Virus record (IMG/VR): IMGVR_UViG_3300025288_001461
DNA: 10,783 nt
Source: a virus
Lineage: Duplodnaviria > Heunggongvirae > Uroviricota > Caudoviricetes
Strand: one strand, 5' to 3'
Numbering within the stretch: the first letter of the stretch is position 1; each line of letters begins with the position of its first letter. Positions 9,121-10,783 of this stretch are shown here, piece after piece. A model generated the notes under the pieces. The model saw only the letters and a program-made list of their open reading frames with translations, was not told where the DNA came from and searched no databases. The translations under genes and the position numbers were made by a program.

Positions 9121-9486
9121 ATGAATAAAAACTCAGATAAGCATTTTGTTATTTACAAAAATGAAACAATCACTAGAATTAATCCTCAACTTGTTTCTAA
9201 ACAACAAATCTCCGATGATGAACTTGAAATTATTAAAAATCTTCACATTCAACGTTTTCTTATTGAAAAATCTTTCATTTCTGGAGATATTGATGCTACA
9301 AACTACAGAGAAGCTTGGGCAATTAATCAGTTTTCTCTTCAACAGGCATGGAAGTTTAGTAAAGATAAAAACTTTCATGTTTTTACTTCTATGCAAGGAT
9401 GTTCATGTCCTAGTATGAATAATTATCCTTATGGACCATATTCTTACTCTAAAACTTGTCGTGTTCATGGTGAAATTACCAAATAA
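9121..9486 (+). CDS. Phage-type hypothetical protein with Cys/His motif
   Basis: LQQAWKF.KD.NFH...GCSCP.M.N...C.VHG resembles a small phage family I recall (LQ.LW.F..D..YH.W..P.C.CP.MDN...CP.HG), unverified. The CxC...CxxH spacing suggests metal binding. Confidence 0.65.
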   Translation: MNKNSDKHFVIYKNETITRINPQLVSKQQISDDELEIIKNLHIQRFLIEKSFISGDIDATNYREAWAINQFSLQQAWKFSKDKNFHVFTSMQGCSCPSMNNYPYGPYSYSKTCRVHGEITK

Positions 9487-9490
9487 CTAA

Positions 9491-9841
9491 ATTTTTGCTA
9501 CAGGTACAACAGGCATTATTTTGGAAAATATTTTAGAACAAACAGTAACCAAATTTTAAAGTGGTCTATTGAGGGGTGATTTGCAAATTGGTTCAAGAAT
9601 TGAAGAAGGAGAAATTGAGATGATTATTTTCTTTTGTAATCCACTTGAGCAACAACCACATGACCCAGATGTAAAAGCCTTATTACGTATTGCCTCTGTT
9701 TGGAATATTCCTGTTGCATGTAACCGTTCCACAGCAGATTTTCTTATATCTTCACCATTAATGAATTAAAATTATGAAAGAAAAATTCAAGACTTCAGCC
9801 ATTACAATAATCGGATGAATCATACAGGAATTAAATCTTGA
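9491..9841 (+). pseudogene. mgsA: Methylglyoxal synthase remnant, 5'-truncated with in-frame stops
   Basis: One frame reads IFATGTTG...[15 protein letters not shown]...IIFFCNPL...[52 protein letters not shown] stops are at 9488, 9557 and 9767. GPLGGD has become GLLRGD and WDP has become CNP. The N-terminal ~40 codons are absent. Confidence 0.9.
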
Positions 9842-9844
9842 TTT

Positions 9845-9874
9845 TTGATTTTTTTCATAATTATGATATAATTT
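9845..9874 (+). promoter_or_regulatory. Sigma70-type promoter of the RNase P RNA gene
   Basis: TTGATT (9845-9850), 16-nt spacer, TG-A-TATAAT (9864-9872). The predicted start site (~9878-9879) coincides with the 5' end of the P1 helix. Confidence 0.75.
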
Positions 9875-9876
9875 GT

Positions 9877-10178
9877 AAAAATTTTGTGGTGAGACAATCG
9901 CAAGTTAATAACTTGAGGAAGTTCAGGACACACGCAAAAGGCGAGTAGGAGATAGTTGTTCGTAAGGATGAGTGAATTAAGGTGTTAACTTTATGCTATC
10001 GTTAATACTACCGTGATATAGTGTGCAACACAAACAGTACTTGAGAACCTTTTGCTTATAAGTACGGGTTGTGGCACCTTTGACCACTTTAAAAGGTGGC
10101 GAGGACAGTGAAAGCTGTAGATTAATGATTGTTACTCGTAAGAGACACAAAATCCTGGCTATGAACCACAAAATTTTT
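9877..10178 (+). ncRNA. rnpB: RNase P RNA (divergent, compact bacterial-type ribozyme)
   Basis: P1: 14 perfect bp, 9877-9890/10165-10178. P2: GACAAUC 9893-9899/GAUUGUU 10127-10133. P3: CAAGUU 9901-9906/AACUUG 9910-9915. CR-I: GAGGAAGUUCAGGA 9915-9928, pairing as P4 with CR-V ACACAAAAUCCUGGCUA 10145-10161 with a bulged U. P5: CACAC 9929-9933/GUGUG 10021-10025, then CAA. P15: CACAA 10029-10033/UUGUG 10069-10073, preceded by GGG-U. P18-like: ACAGU-GAAA-GCUGU 10105-10118, then AGAUUAAUG. P19: CUC-GUAA-GAG 10135-10144. GC content is visibly higher than the flanks. Confidence 0.92.
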
Positions 10179-10200
10179 TATTTTTTTCGGTTCTATTTAT

Positions 10201-10458
10201 TATAGAAAACTTTTGTTTAATATTAATTGTGGTAGCTTAAGTGGTTTAAAACAAACTTAATGTTGGGTTTCATGGATGCCTTCTGATTATGACAAAACAG
10301 TTACTTCTATATCTGAAATTTTTGACATGATGGGATTTGAATATGATGTAACTGAAAATGGAGATATTTCAATTACTGGATATGATAGTAAAACTGGTAA
10401 AGAGGAACTTTTCTTTTTACGAATTCCTCATTTAATTCCCTCTTTCCTCACTATATGA
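10201..10458 (+). pseudogene. Decayed small phage-type gene
   Basis: The frame of ORF 10276-10458 extends upstream as ...CGSLSGLKQT*CWVSWMPSDYDKT...MGFE...G.I.ITGYDSKTGKEELF, with TAA at 10258-10260. This resembles a family I recall as GGS.SG..QT..WFSWMP.DY...GF...YDSKTGQE.LF (unverified). No start or RBS for the full-length form. Confidence 0.4.
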
Positions 10459-10464
10459 ACTACA

Positions 10465-10481
10465 TGTATATGTATATGTAT
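10465..10481. repeat. Short tandem repeat (TGTATA)x~2.8
   Basis: TGTATA TGTATA TGTAT read directly. Confidence 0.5.
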
Positions 10482-10783
10482 TTGCATCAAAACACCAAAA
10501 CGGAATATAACACCCTTTGATTTCATTTAATCCTGAAGATTTTAGAAATTATTTTATTGTCTAAAAGCACTATCTTCTCCACAAGACTCACAATTAACAA
10601 TTTTAGATTGAATCTTAATATTTTCAATTTCTTGATGTAGTGATTTTTTATTTAATGCTGATTCAGTTATTATTAATAATCTTTTACGTGGCTTTGAACA
10701 ATTTTGAAGATATTGTTTTTACTTAATAAAATCATAAAGGTATAGAAATTTATGCATCCTTTTTATAGAAATCCACTGCAAGT

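Noticed and set aside
2112-9418. Short overlapping ORFs in the track (2112-2396, 2533-2718, 3020-3238, 3582-3794, 6072-6317, 7246-7467, 7690-7968, 8761-8949, 9133-9396, 9146-9418)
   Set aside because: These are antisense or off-frame shadows of longer genes. Their Phe/Leu/Ile-rich composition is typical of AT-rich non-coding frames.
10020-10035. AGUGUGCAACACAAAC read as CR-II (AGUGCAACAGAAA) of the S-domain
   Set aside because: It is better explained as P5 3' strand + CAA + P15 5' strand, since both have perfect partners (CACAC 9929-9933, UUGUG 10069-10073) in the expected positions.
9977-10171. 64-aa minus-strand ORF
   Set aside because: It is antisense to the structured RNA, has no RBS or family motif, and is open because of the higher GC content.
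9877-10178. Alternative identities: tmRNA, group I intron, tRNA array, riboswitch
   Set aside because: There is no tRNA-like acceptor/T-arm or tag ORF, no group I P7 core and no cloverleaf. The CR-I/CR-V pairing is specific to the RNase P family.
9488-10260. TAA stop-codon reassignment suggested by in-frame TAAs in mgsA and other relics
   Set aside because: Intact genes (purA, exonuclease, large ORFs) end in TAA and have no internal TAA. The interrupted genes also carry missense damage at conserved sites, so ordinary decay explains them.
1-10783. CRISPR array, tRNA genes, IS elements or integrase
   Set aside because: No regularly spaced repeats, cloverleaf, transposase or recombinase motifs were seen.

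Overview
Very AT-rich window (low-20s % GC by eye). Most genes are stand-alone and alternate in orientation; several have their own extended -10 sigma70-type promoter. Recognisable proteins are a DEDDh 3'-5' exonuclease coupled to a Nudix hydrolase, a possible PTH2-fold protein, and an intact canonical adenylosuccinate synthetase (purA, not purZ). Several hypothetical proteins resemble phage families. There are decayed genes, including a clear mgsA remnant. The main result lies outside the ORF track: 9877-10178 folds by eye into an RNase P RNA (rnpB-like ribozyme) with its own promoter. It has a divergent but compensated P4 core, a mix of A-type (P6 pseudoknot/P16) and B-type (P15.1/P15.2-like) peripheral elements, and an S-domain of only about 80 nt. 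The context suggests a jumbo phage or other large extrachromosomal element, but this is inference: no virion or replication hallmark gene is in the window.
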